64,000 nt of DNA from Candidatus Latescibacterota bacterium (GCA_965203355.1 OZ241889.1:2176001-2240000), one strand, 5' to 3'. Counted from the first letter of the stretch, positions 19,262 through 28,826 are shown. Made by a program: numbers and translations. The notes: generated by a model from the letters alone, not told the origin.

Positions 19262-20350
19262 TTACTTCGCCAATCCCCGCTCGGCCTTCTGCTCAAAGTC
19301 TCGCATCTCGTCCGCCCCGTCCAACACGCCGATTTCCATGTTGAACTCGCGCACCTCGCCCGGCTCGATGTACTGCAAGGTCCCGTGCTTGCGGTTCCAG
19401 GCGCGGCCGAGCACTGAGCAGTTGCCCGGCTCAATGCCGGTGACGTAAGTGCCCTTGTGGAAGTGCTGCCAGTGGTTGACGATGGGGAGCTCGCTGTGCT
19501 TGAACCGCCAATACAACCCCAAGCCGAGCGGCTCGTTGAGCAGGCCGATGTGGACGCGCCCTTGGCGGTCGGTTCGGGGGCGATGCACGTACACATCGTC
19601 GTGGGCGTGTGGTTGCGGCCCTTTGGCCACGGCGTAGTCTGCGGGGCCAACCGGGTGGTCCTCGGTCCATTCGGTGCTCTCGTGGCTGTGGAGGACAAGA
19701 CGCGTTCCGGCGTCGAGCAGGGGGAAGCCGGGGTTGCAGTGATACACGAACATGAGCGGCGAGCGGTCGGCCGCCAGGTTTTCGATGCGGTCGCGGATGT
19801 GGATGCTCCGCTCGCCGAGCACGGTCGAGATCTCGCGCGACAGCTCCAGATTCTCGGCAAAGACTTCGGCTTGGCGCATTTGGCCGCGGATGCGGACGAC
19901 GTAATCCGAACCCTCCCAGCCCGCCTCAATACCGACGTTTTTGGCCGGGATGTACGAGAGGCGGCCGTGCAGCGGCATCTCGGCGTTTTCTTCCTGGGGA
20001 TCGACTTCTGGGTGGCCGACAAAGTCGAGGCCGCAAGAGGTGACTAGCCCGCCGAACCAGCCGCGTCCCCATTTGAAGCCCTGTGACTCGTAGAAGGCCG
20101 GCCCGACGTCGCCGGGGCCAGAGCGGAAGCACAGCGACTGGCCCTTGTAGTGGGCCGAGGCAATGTCGAGGGCGCGGCCGGGCAAAACGGAAAATGCCAA
20201 GCCCGAAGCGTTGAACACGTCGATGAGGTCCGCGCCGCGCTCGAATCCTTCGCGACGCTCGGCGCGGCGGGCGTACATGAGTTGGCTGATGTCGCCGACG
20301 CGGTTGAGCAGTTGGCGGCGGGTGAAGTTGCGACCGAAGAGTTTGGGCAT
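19262..20350 (-). CDS. Aldose 1-epimerase-like (DUF4432) protein
   Basis: RALDI, GGLVTSCGL, PLHGR, YHCNPGFP, GIEP motifs; AGGAG RBS before ATG 20350. Confidence 0.8.
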   Translation of the reverse strand: MPKLFGRNFTRRQLLNRVGDISQLMYARRAERREGFERGADLIDVFNASGLAFSVLPGRALDIASAHYKGQSLCFRSGPGDVGPAFYESQGFKWGRGWFGGLVTSCGLDFVGHPEVDPQEENAEMPLHGRLSYIPAKNVGIEAGWEGSDYVVRIRGQMRQAEVFAENLELSREISTVLGERSIHIRDRIENLAADRSPLMFVYHCNPGFPLLDAGTRLVLHSHESTEWTEDHPVGPADYAVAKGPQPHAHDDVYVHRPRTDRQGRVHIGLLNEPLGLGLYWRFKHSELPIVNHWQHFHKGTYVTGIEPGNCSVLGRAWNRKHGTLQYIEPGEVREFNMEIGVLDGADEMRDFEQKAERGLAK

Positions 20351-20474
20351 GAGGGATCTCCTGTGTACAGGCGAAGCCTTGTAGATGTTTGGGTTTTTCA
20401 ATATAAGATTATAGAGCAAACGGGCGAATGGCTCTTCCCGGTCCCTGTAAACGCATTGAGAGCGATCAGAAAGC

Positions 20475-21386
20475 ATGGCTTTTACAACGGCGGTACAGCT
20501 CGAAGACGTGTGGAAGCACTTTGGCTCGGTCGAGGCCGTACGCGGGGTGTCGCTGCGCGTACCCGCGGGGTGTATCTACGGGCTGTTGGGCCCCAATGGC
20601 GCGGGTAAGACGACCCTGATCCGCATGATTATGAGCATCTTCTTCGCCGACTCCGGGCGCATCGGCCTGCTGGATGGGCAACAGGCCCTCGCGGTCAAAG
20701 ACCAGCTCGGCTACCTGCCCGAGGAAAAGGGCCTGTACAAGAAGATGAAGGTCGCCGAGGTCATGATCTATTTCGCGCAGCTCAAGGGGATTGCGGCCGA
20801 TGCGGCCCAGCAGCGGGCGGCCGAGTTGTTGCAGCGCTATGGCCTCGGGGGCTATCAGGATCGGCGTTGCGAGGTGCTGTCCAAGGGCATGGAGCAAAAG
20901 GTGCAATTGCTCGCGGCGCTGATCCACGAGCCCGAGCTAGTCATTCTCGACGAGCCTTTTTCCGGGCTCGATCCGGTCAACCGCGATCTGATGCGGGATG
21001 TCATCTTGCAGATGCGCCGCGACGGCAAAACGGTGATTTTCTCGACCCATCTAATGGATCAGGCCGAGCAGCTATGCGACTTTGTCGCGCTGATCCACAA
21101 AGGGCAAAAGGTAGTTGATGGCCCGTTGGGCCAAGTGCTCGCCAGTGGGGGGCGCGCCGCAGTGCTCGACTACGATGGCGACGGGCGGGTGCTGCGCGGG
21201 CTGCCGGGCGTTGTTCGGGTCAATGACTCGGGCAAGCGGGCCGAGCTTTTTCTGGCCGAGGGCGCGGACTCGCAAGCGCTGTTGGCCGCGCTCGTTCCCA
21301 AGGTGCAGATACGGGGCTTTGCCCTGCGCACGGCCTCTTTGCACGAGATCTTCATCCGCGCCATAGGGGAGGCCGACGATGCGTAA
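20475..21386 (+). CDS. ABC exporter ATP-binding subunit (NatA-like)
   Basis: GPNGAGKT, LSKGM, ILDEPFSGLDP. Confidence 0.92.
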   Translation: MAFTTAVQLEDVWKHFGSVEAVRGVSLRVPAGCIYGLLGPNGAGKTTLIRMIMSIFFADSGRIGLLDGQQALAVKDQLGYLPEEKGLYKKMKVAEVMIYFAQLKGIAADAAQQRAAELLQRYGLGGYQDRRCEVLSKGMEQKVQLLAALIHEPELVILDEPFSGLDPVNRDLMRDVILQMRRDGKTVIFSTHLMDQAEQLCDFVALIHKGQKVVDGPLGQVLASGGRAAVLDYDGDGRVLRGLPGVVRVNDSGKRAELFLAEGADSQALLAALVPKVQIRGFALRTASLHEIFIRAIGEADDA

Positions 21387-22911
21387 AATTGCTTTAGTTG
21401 CCCGGCGCGAATACGCCGAGCACGTCCGCACGAAGGGGTTTTGGCTCGGCGTCTTGGCCTTCCCGCTCATCCTCGCGTTGAGCGTTGTGGTGCCCCTTCT
21501 ATTGAGTGAAACCAAACAGGCGCGGACCTATGCGGTAATCGACCATTCGGGTTTTGCGTTAGGGGAAGTGGAAAAGGGCATTCTGGCCGAAGATCTGGGT
21601 ATAGTGCTGCGGGATGCTGCCGAGCGCTATCGCGATGGTGGGCAGGATTGGGAGCGTTTGCCAGATGCGATTCGGGCGGCCGCGAAGGGCTATGTGAGCT
21701 TGGACGAAGCGGAGCGGCCAGCACTGGTTCAGGGCTTCACGGCGGGCGAAGATGAGGTTGCGGCGGGCCTCGTCGAGTGGTGGCAGCAGGTGTCGGCCGA
21801 GGAGTTAGAGGCCCTCGATTTGGAACTCTCGCGCAGCCGCTACGTCCGGGTGGAAGTGCCCAAGGGCGACGATCCGCCAGCCGCACTCAACCGCATGGTG
21901 AACGACGGCGCGCTCTTTGCCTACTTCGTCATCGCTCCGGATCCCGTCGCTAGCGACGAGGGGTGCAAATATATCTCTTTGAATCGGACCGATCAGGACT
22001 TGCGCCATTGGTTTGCAGACCGGGTGTTCCAAGCGGTGCGGGCGCGGCGCATTGAACAGGCGGGCCTCGACGCAGCAACGAGCAACTGGCTGCATACTCC
22101 AGTGCATTTTGCCGAGCACAAGGTCGATAAGCGCGGCGACGAGGCCGAGGTTTCCACGGTCGATAGGGTCCAGCAATGGGCCGTCGTACCGTTCGTTTAT
22201 CTCTTGTGGATGGCGATATTTGTCAACGCGCAGACGCTTATGACCAACACGGTAGAAGAGAAGTCGTCGCGCCTCATCGAAGTGCTGCTGTCCGCGCTCT
22301 CACCCTTTGAGTTAATGGCTGGAAAAATCGCGGGCACGGCCGCGGTTGGGCTGACCTTGGTTTTTACTTGGGTCGCGTGCGTTGTGATAGGGGTGGTAAT
22401 CGCACCCGCCGCGTTGGGGGACGATGCGGCCTCTATCGTCCGTATTGCTAGTACGCCGCTGTACTTGTGGTCCTTTGTTTTTTACTTTTTGGCTGGCTTC
22501 CTGCTGTACGCCTGCTTGTTGGTAGGGGCCGGCTCGCTGTGCAATAGCTTAAAAGACGCGCAGAGCTTGATGTGGCCGCTCCTCGTACCGCTGATCGTGC
22601 CGTTGCTCACCATGATACCCGTCACTCAAGACCCCAACGGCACCTTGGCGCGCGTGATGTCCTACATCCCGCTCTTCACCCCTTTTGTCATGATGAATCG
22701 GGCCGCTGGCTCGCCGCCGCTGTGGGAGTATCTGGCGACCACCGTGCTGCTTTTGCTGTCCATCTACCTGGCGGTGCAGGGAGCGGGCAAGGTCTTTCGC
22801 ATCGGCATCTTGATGACGGGCAAGCCGCCGCGGTTGGGCGAGGTCATGCGCTGGTTGACGGCCAAAGAAAACATCGGCCCGGCGGCACACGAAGCGGACG
22901 AGGTCAGTTGA
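21379..22911 (+). CDS. ABC-2 exporter permease (NatB-like)
   Basis: VEEKSSRLIEVLLS and GKI motifs; multiple TMs; overlaps the ATPase stop. Confidence 0.9.
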   Translation: MRKIALVARREYAEHVRTKGFWLGVLAFPLILALSVVVPLLLSETKQARTYAVIDHSGFALGEVEKGILAEDLGIVLRDAAERYRDGGQDWERLPDAIRAAAKGYVSLDEAERPALVQGFTAGEDEVAAGLVEWWQQVSAEELEALDLELSRSRYVRVEVPKGDDPPAALNRMVNDGALFAYFVIAPDPVASDEGCKYISLNRTDQDLRHWFADRVFQAVRARRIEQAGLDAATSNWLHTPVHFAEHKVDKRGDEAEVSTVDRVQQWAVVPFVYLLWMAIFVNAQTLMTNTVEEKSSRLIEVLLSALSPFELMAGKIAGTAAVGLTLVFTWVACVVIGVVIAPAALGDDAASIVRIASTPLYLWSFVFYFLAGFLLYACLLVGAGSLCNSLKDAQSLMWPLLVPLIVPLLTMIPVTQDPNGTLARVMSYIPLFTPFVMMNRAAGSPPLWEYLATTVLLLLSIYLAVQGAGKVFRIGILMTGKPPRLGEVMRWLTAKENIGPAAHEADEVS

Positions 22912-23746
22912 GCGGGATCAAGCGATTGGCAAGAACGCGGATGTTGTGCTCGATGGTGGAGGCGTCCGCGGCGTCGCCGGCCCAGCGAAGGTACTCGTTA
23001 AAGGCTTCAATGGCCTTGAGGTACTCGCGGGTGTGGTGGTAGAGGAAGCCGAGGTCGCGGTGGTTTTCGGCTTCGGCCGGCTGTAGATAGGCGATTTTCT
23101 CGGCCCAGCCGATGGCGGTGGAAAACTCCCGAGCTTGGAGGTGTAGGCGTTTGAGGTTGCGGAGCATGCGCGCCAAGACATGCAGCGACGAGGCTGGCTC
23201 GATGAATTCAGGGGCCAATTTGAGTCGGCGGCCCTCAATGATCGGCAGCCGCTCGCCTAGGGACTCGCCATCGACAAAAGCACCGTCGGCAAAGGGATCG
23301 ACGAAGAGCGGCTCGTCGCCTTGGGTGCTGCGCACGAGGAAGTGATGCGGAAAATTGACCCCGGCTAGGGGAATGGACAGCCGCTTGCCCAGCGCCAGAT
23401 AGACGACCGCGAGGGTGATGGGAATGCCGAGGCGGCGGTCGAGGACCTCGTTGAGATAGCTGTTGCGGGGATCGTCGTAGTGGGTGCGGTTGCCGCGGAA
23501 GCCGAGGTCGCCGAACACGTATTGGCTCAAGTTAATAAGCGAGGCTGGCAGGGAATCGGCTGGGGCATAGCGGGCGCGAAACTCCTCGCTCAGCGCGTCG
23601 AGCTGCCGCAGGTAGTGTTTGATATCGAGGTCGGGATAGGCCGACAAGGCGATGAGCAAGGCCCCGTGGGCGAGGTCGATCTCGCCGGAGGAGTGCCGCG
23701 CCTGCTGGACGAGTTCAAAAAAAGGGTCGGAAGGCCGTGGACGCAT
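22904..23746 (-). CDS. SirB1/YchA family transglutaminase-like TPR protein
   Basis: GFRGN..Y.DPRNSYL, GIPITL, VNFPHHF, DPF. Confidence 0.88.
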   Translation of the reverse strand: MRPRPSDPFFELVQQARHSSGEIDLAHGALLIALSAYPDLDIKHYLRQLDALSEEFRARYAPADSLPASLINLSQYVFGDLGFRGNRTHYDDPRNSYLNEVLDRRLGIPITLAVVYLALGKRLSIPLAGVNFPHHFLVRSTQGDEPLFVDPFADGAFVDGESLGERLPIIEGRRLKLAPEFIEPASSLHVLARMLRNLKRLHLQAREFSTAIGWAEKIAYLQPAEAENHRDLGFLYHHTREYLKAIEAFNEYLRWAGDAADASTIEHNIRVLANRLIPLN

Positions 23747-23761
23747 ACGCTGCGGCCCCGG

Positions 23762-24751
23762 TTAGACGCAGCGGTTGTGGATCCAACTAAACTGCAACGG
23801 TGCGGTGTGTTTCAGCCGTCGCTCGCTGCGCTCGGCTAGCTTGGCGTAGCGCGGCCCGAGCGAGCACAAGTAGTCTTGGGCGGCGGCCGCTTCGCCAGTG
23901 AGGCCGCTGAGCGAGTCGAGGTTCCACTGGCGGACGAGGTGCTGGATGATTTCGGAGTAGTGCTTGGCCGTGTACACCCCGAGTCGCTGGGCTACTATTG
24001 AGAAGTGTTCAAAGAGGTTGGGGTCTTGTCCGTCGGTCATCAGGTGAGCGGGCATGACGATTTGGTGTTTCATCAGATCGTGGAAGGCCAATATCGCGCC
24101 TTTGGGATCTAGCTCGAAAATTTTCTTGATAAAGTTCGTGTACGCTTTTTCGTGGCGGGCTTCGTCGCCGGCCACGACGCCGCAGATGGTCTTGAGGTGC
24201 GCATCGCCGGCTTTTTGCGCTAGGCGGGCCACGTTGCTGTGCGAGATGCGGGTCGCCCGCTCTTGGAAAGATGTATAGACGAAGCCTTTGTAGGGGTCTT
24301 GGGCGGCCTGCGGGTTGAAGCCATTGCGCAGCAGGTATTGGATGGTCGTCTCGATGGCACGCATATCGACTCGGCCCGTGAGAAAAAGGTATTTGTTAAG
24401 CAGGTCGCCGTGGCGATTTTCCTCGGCGGTCCAACCGCGCGACCACTGGGCCCACGGACTGGGGTCCGTGCCAGTGGTGTCCGACACGCCTTCAAAGCTG
24501 TTGAGCAAGGTCTGGTAGGTGGGCAGGGCTTCCTCGGTGATCATGTCGCCGACGAGGACGACGAGGACATCGTCGGGAAGCGCCTGAGCGCGGGCGCGGA
24601 ACTCGCGTATGGAGTGTTCCCAGTTTTCCGCGCCCACATCCGGGAGAAAATCGTCGGGTTGCCAACTATCCTCTACGGACTTGAGCAATTTGAGTTGGCC
24701 CCTGACAAAATCCTCCATGCTCGCGATGACTTCTCTCTTGTGCGGATTCAA
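23762..24751 (-). CDS. Soluble acyl-ACP desaturase (diiron)
   Basis: WQPDDFLP, TEEALPTY, WTAEENRHG, FQERAT, DEARH. Confidence 0.93.
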   Translation of the reverse strand: MNPHKREVIASMEDFVRGQLKLLKSVEDSWQPDDFLPDVGAENWEHSIREFRARAQALPDDVLVVLVGDMITEEALPTYQTLLNSFEGVSDTTGTDPSPWAQWSRGWTAEENRHGDLLNKYLFLTGRVDMRAIETTIQYLLRNGFNPQAAQDPYKGFVYTSFQERATRISHSNVARLAQKAGDAHLKTICGVVAGDEARHEKAYTNFIKKIFELDPKGAILAFHDLMKHQIVMPAHLMTDGQDPNLFEHFSIVAQRLGVYTAKHYSEIIQHLVRQWNLDSLSGLTGEAAAAQDYLCSLGPRYAKLAERSERRLKHTAPLQFSWIHNRCV

Positions 24752-25007
24752 CGGAGTTTCTCCATCATTGAGTGTTTGAAAGGTACCGCAGGCGGCATGA
24801 ATTTATATATATAGATACGGATATAAGACAAAATGGACAAATTGAGCTATGGATTCAAGCCGCGCTTCCTCGGTGAGCCTGTGTTGACGTACCGCTGGCG
24901 ACTCGCGCCAAAAGTGGCGCACACCGCCATAAATGCGGGCGGTTTTCACCCGGCTATTAATGTCCTATCTATTTGTTTGTAAATAAGTTGCAAATCATGT
25001 AAATCAG

Positions 25008-25023
25008 CGGTACGCTCTTTGCT
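25008..25023 (+). promoter_or_regulatory. Putative sigma-54 promoter of the psp operon
   Basis: CGGTAC-GCTCT-TTGCT (GG-N10-GC); inverted repeat GCGCCA-AAAG-TGGCGC at 24905-24920 as a possible enhancer site. Confidence 0.6.
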
Positions 25024-25064
25024 AGTAAACGGGGTGAATCCCTTACCCCAACAAGGAGGATACC

Positions 25065-25262
25065 TTGGTGAACAAAGGATTTAGCAGAGAGCAGATCGAG
25101 CGCGTCGCTCGGATGTACAAATGCAATCAGGACGCCAGCCGGGCGCTGGGGATTACGAACCGCAGCTTTAGCCGGCTCTGCCGCAAATACGACATTGAAT
25201 CGCCTTTTGCGCGGCGGCAGCGGCAGCGCTCTCGGGTGGCCCAAAGCACTAACCCCGTATAG
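25065..25262 (+). CDS. Small Fis-like HTH protein
   Basis: AGGAGG RBS; NQDASRALGITNRSFSRLCRKY helix-turn-helix pattern. Confidence 0.6.
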   Translation: MVNKGFSREQIERVARMYKCNQDASRALGITNRSFSRLCRKYDIESPFARRQRQRSRVAQSTNPV

Positions 25263-25272
25263 GAGGCCTATC

Positions 25273-25938
25273 ATGGGAACAATGGAGCGGCTCGCCGCCA
25301 TCTGGAAGGCGAACCTCAACGAAGTGCTGGACCGGATCGAGAATCCAGCGAAGATGGTAGATCAAATCGTCCGCGACGCCGAGTGCGCTGTCGACCAAGC
25401 CGTAGATGCTTTGGTTAAGGCTCGGGCCACCAAGTGGCGTCTAGAGCGCGACCTCCGGCGCCACGCCGAGCAGATACAGATGTGGCAAGACAAAGCCGCC
25501 GCCGCGGTAGCGGCCGGAAACGACGAGGGTGCGCGGCTCGCCTTGATACAGAAAACCGAGCTGGATCAGGCGCGTGGACCGCTAGAACCGGCCCTCGCGG
25601 AGAGCTGTGACACCGTGGCCGAGCTAGAGGAGCAGGTCGAGATCCTGCGCCAAAAGCTGCGCGATATCCGCGCACGGAGGGGCCAGTTGATCGCCCGCTG
25701 TTGCGCCGAGCGCGAGCGCGGTGTAGTACTCGGCGAAGACGCGCCCGTGCTGCGCTTTGACGCGATCGCGCATCAGGTACAGCAAAGCGAGCGCGAACTG
25801 GCGCGCTTTGAGCAACAGGTGGATCAGGCCGTCGCTGAAGCCGAAGTGCTGCGCGAATTAGCCGCCAAGCGCCGCGTCGAGCGCGACCACAAAGTCGCGG
25901 AGGAACTGGCCGCGCTGAAAGCAGAAAAAACATCGTAA
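25273..25938 (+). CDS. pspA: PspA/IM30 family protein
   Basis: ANLNEVLDRIENPAKMVDQ...W...A..AGND..ARLAL; AGGAGG RBS. Confidence 0.85.
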   Translation: MGTMERLAAIWKANLNEVLDRIENPAKMVDQIVRDAECAVDQAVDALVKARATKWRLERDLRRHAEQIQMWQDKAAAAVAAGNDEGARLALIQKTELDQARGPLEPALAESCDTVAELEEQVEILRQKLRDIRARRGQLIARCCAERERGVVLGEDAPVLRFDAIAHQVQQSERELARFEQQVDQAVAEAEVLRELAAKRRVERDHKVAEELAALKAEKTS

Positions 25939-25950
25939 AGGAGGTCGGTC

Positions 25951-26319
25951 ATGTTAGCCAGAATACTAGGTGTGCTATTGCTACTTGGGAGCGTTGCTTG
26001 GGGAGTCAAGCTGATTTTGCCCTTGTTCGGCAGTCTCTTTGGTTTGCTCGGCGCGGTCGCGATCGGTCTCTTGGCTGCCGCTGCGCTCTACATGGGTCTG
26101 CGTTGGCTGCGCGGCGAGAGCATCTTGGGCCGGGTCGTCGGCGCCTTGGTCTTGCTCGTCGGGATCTGGCTGGCGTTTACAGCGGCGTTGAGCTTGGTGT
26201 CGGGTGTCTTTGGTGCCGCGTTTTTGCTGTTGCGGGTCGCTTTGGTGCTGGGGATCTGCTACGTGGGCTGGCGGTGGCTGGACAACGGCGAGTTTAGCCT
26301 GCGGCACTGGAGAGTTTGA
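25951..26319 (+). CDS. Membrane protein in the psp operon
   Basis: Highly hydrophobic; GGAGG RBS. Confidence 0.7.
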   Translation: MLARILGVLLLLGSVAWGVKLILPLFGSLFGLLGAVAIGLLAAAALYMGLRWLRGESILGRVVGALVLLVGIWLAFTAALSLVSGVFGAAFLLLRVALVLGICYVGWRWLDNGEFSLRHWRV

Positions 26320-26343
26320 GGACGAAAAAAGTGGTTAAATTAC

Positions 26344-26394
26344 TTGACAACTGCACTTATGTTCAGTATATTGATGACTGAACATAAGTGCAGT
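26344..26394 (+). promoter_or_regulatory. Sigma-70 promoter overlapped by a perfect 18-bp inverted repeat
   Basis: TTGACA-N17-TATATT; arms ACTGCACTTATGTTCAGT (26350-26367) and ACTGAACATAAGTGCAGT (26377-26394). Confidence 0.8.
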
Positions 26395-26460
26395 AAAGCG
26401 ATTTTCCCACGTCCTCTCTGGCGCATCCCCAAGCGCCAGTACTCCCTTAGGAGGTTGCCA

Positions 26461-26757
26461 ATGCACAGGCCCCGCGCATCATTCCCCACAGCCCCATCTA
26501 TAGCCCGTCTGGGCGGCGAGCTCAGTGCAGTCATCAATCGGGTGCGAAGTGCTTTCGGCCCCATTCCCATGCGCGGCTCGGCTACCCGTCCCCGAGTTCA
26601 ACGGGCCGAGCAAGTCGTCGATCAAACCGCTCGTCAGCTCTTGCGCGGCGAAGCAGACCTGAGCGCGTGGTACCGGGTGCTGCGTCAATACGAAGATGCT
26701 TGGATGCTAGAGTTGGAAAAGGTGCGCGGGGCGCGGGCCGAGCGCTGTGCGGCTTAG
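26461..26757 (+). CDS. Hypothetical protein (98 aa)
   Basis: AGGAGG RBS 7 nt before ATG, downstream of the strong promoter; no family recognised. Confidence 0.6.
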   Translation: MHRPRASFPTAPSIARLGGELSAVINRVRSAFGPIPMRGSATRPRVQRAEQVVDQTARQLLRGEADLSAWYRVLRQYEDAWMLELEKVRGARAERCAA

Positions 26758-27017
26758 CGGAGATGGATCTCGTCCACTTTGCCGACGATAGCTGCATCCG
26801 TAGGCAGTGGAGGGGCGAAGGCATTGCAGGCTTCGCGTGCGACCTCGACGATCACCGCGTCGCCCTCGCGCAAGGCTACCCAAGTCGCGCAGACCTCGGC
26901 TTCGCCCACAAGCGCTAGGCGCTCGTCAATGTCTTGGGTCAGGTGCAATATCTGGCCGCGGAACGGCTCAATGCACTGGGAAAGCACTACGGTGCCCACC
27001 ACCTTGGCTAGTTTCAC
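26754..27017 (-). CDS. EutN/CcmL BMC vertex protein
   Basis: MKLAKVVGTVV...GDAVIV...DAAIVGKVD; GTGA overlap with the upstream gene. Confidence 0.85.
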   Translation of the reverse strand: MKLAKVVGTVVLSQCIEPFRGQILHLTQDIDERLALVGEAEVCATWVALREGDAVIVEVAREACNAFAPPLPTDAAIVGKVDEIHLR

Positions 27018-27274
27018 GCGGCCGCTCCTTCGTCGATAATACCCACGATCACGCTCCTGCACGGGGGCCGCTCGGCTCCGGTCACCGCGGCCCCGGCAGC
27101 CCCGGACTGCACGACTAGCACTTTGACGCCGATCCCCGCCTGGACCCCATCCACCGCTACTTGCAAAGCACCGCTCTCTTCGGCTTCGGAGCGGACCACC
27201 ATGATCTTCTGCCCGGCGAGCAAGGGATGCTTGCTGCTGGCGACTACGTGGCCAATGACGCGGCAGACCCTCAT
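27014..27274 (-). CDS. EutN/CcmL BMC vertex protein
   Basis: VIGHVVASSKHPLLAG, VAVDGVQAGIG, IVGIID. Confidence 0.9.
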   Translation of the reverse strand: MRVCRVIGHVVASSKHPLLAGQKIMVVRSEAEESGALQVAVDGVQAGIGVKVLVVQSGAAGAAVTGAERPPCRSVIVGIIDEGAAA

Positions 27275-27573
27275 GCTACTTGCTTTTCTAGGGCGCGTCC
27301 AAACGCCTGTAGCGAATCCACGATGCCGATGATCAGCGCATCTACGGGCATCTTATCCATGCCCGGGGCCTGCCGTGCCGAGCTGCCCTGCACGACGACG
27401 ACGAGTTCGTCTTCGCCCGCTTGTACGCCATCGATGCAGACGAGGTGCTTCTGGGTGCGCTGCAAGCCCTCGGGCGTGGTGGCCAGGATCTCGACTATTA
27501 AGAGTTTTTCGCCTTCGAGCGCATCTACCTTGGCGCTGGAGACCACGTGCCCCTTGACGAGACCGAGTATCAC
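27271..27573 (-). CDS. EutN/CcmL BMC vertex protein
   Basis: GHVVSSAK...GEKLLIV, DGVQAG, GSSAR, PVDALIIGIVD. Confidence 0.92.
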   Translation of the reverse strand: MILGLVKGHVVSSAKVDALEGEKLLIVEILATTPEGLQRTQKHLVCIDGVQAGEDELVVVVQGSSARQAPGMDKMPVDALIIGIVDSLQAFGRALEKQVA

Positions 27574-28826
27574 GGGCTTTCCTCAAAGAGTTGCAAGCGG
27601 GTGGCGTTGATTTCTTGCGCGTCGTATCCGTACAAACCAGCGACCTTCTCCAACACTTGGTTTATGAGGATATCCGGGCAGGACGCGCCCGAGGTAATGA
27701 TTAGCCGCACAGGCAGGGGCCGCGGTAGCCAATCCTCGCTCTCGATTATCTTTTTAGTGAAGATGTCAAAATGTCGGATGCGCTGAGCCGATAGGATTTC
27801 GTCGCTGTTGGCGATGAGGAAGCTGGGCATGGATTGCAAGCACAACTCGACTAAATGCGAGGTGTTCGAGCTGTTGTAGCCACCGACGACCAGGGCCAAA
27901 TCGGCACCCGAGCTTAACAGCGAGCGCATGGCGCTCTGGTTCTGGTGAGTGGCGTAGCACAGGGTGTCATTGGTGTCGGCGCAGTGGTAGTCGAGGTTCT
28001 CCGATCCATAGCGCTGGCGCATGGCGCGGCGCAAAATGGCGGCCATTTCCTGCGTTTCTTCGGCGAGCATGGTCGTCTGGTTGACCACGGCCACCCGCTC
28101 TAGGTCCTTTTGTGGGTCGAAGCCCGGTGAGCTTTTGCCGGCAAAGGTGCGCTCGAAGTCGGCGATCGGTAGTGTACCAGTGATGTACGCGGCCACCTGC
28201 TCGGCCTCGGCGACGTCGAACACCACTAGGGTTTTGGTGTGTGCCTCGGTGTGCGAATGAGTCGCTTGGGTCTCCTCGTGGTTGTACTTGCCGTGGATGA
28301 TGATGGTATAGCCTTGGCGGCCGAGCTCCTCGCCGCGCTTCCACACCTTGGACACAAAGGGGCAGGTGGTATCGTAGTTTGCCCGGTATTCTTCGGATTC
28401 GATGTCGATGCCGCTGCGGCGGAGCGATTCCTCGATCTGTATGGTAGTGCCAAAGGCCGGGATGAGCGCGATATCGTCGCTGTTTAGCTCGGCCTCTGAG
28501 ACCTGGCGGTCTCCCTCGGAATTGTAGATGAAGCGGACGCCTTGCTTTTTGAGGTCATTGTTGATCAAGGGATTGTGGATGATTTCGCTAACGAGGTACG
28601 CGTTGCGATCTGGGTTTTCCTTGACGGCTGAAAAGGCCATGTGAATGGCCCGCTCAACCCCAAAACAAAAGCCAAAGTGCCGGGGGATTAAGACCTGTAA
28701 CTGACCGATTTGTAGGAGGGTTGGGCACAGCGAACGCTTGCCGTTTTTCAGGCGGTAATCCTTGACGCGCTGGATGATGGGGCCGGCGTAGTGATTGGGG
28801 ACTTGGTTGAATTGCGGATACGCCAT
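27570..28826 (-). CDS. ispH: 4-hydroxy-3-methylbut-2-enyl diphosphate reductase
   Basis: FGFCFGVERA, IIHNP, DTTCPFV, HEET, NQTT, TLCYAT, GGYNSSNT, SGASCP. Confidence 0.95.
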   Translation of the reverse strand: MAYPQFNQVPNHYAGPIIQRVKDYRLKNGKRSLCPTLLQIGQLQVLIPRHFGFCFGVERAIHMAFSAVKENPDRNAYLVSEIIHNPLINNDLKKQGVRFIYNSEGDRQVSEAELNSDDIALIPAFGTTIQIEESLRRSGIDIESEEYRANYDTTCPFVSKVWKRGEELGRQGYTIIIHGKYNHEETQATHSHTEAHTKTLVVFDVAEAEQVAAYITGTLPIADFERTFAGKSSPGFDPQKDLERVAVVNQTTMLAEETQEMAAILRRAMRQRYGSENLDYHCADTNDTLCYATHQNQSAMRSLLSSGADLALVVGGYNSSNTSHLVELCLQSMPSFLIANSDEILSAQRIRHFDIFTKKIIESEDWLPRPLPVRLIITSGASCPDILINQVLEKVAGLYGYDAQEINATRLQLFEESP

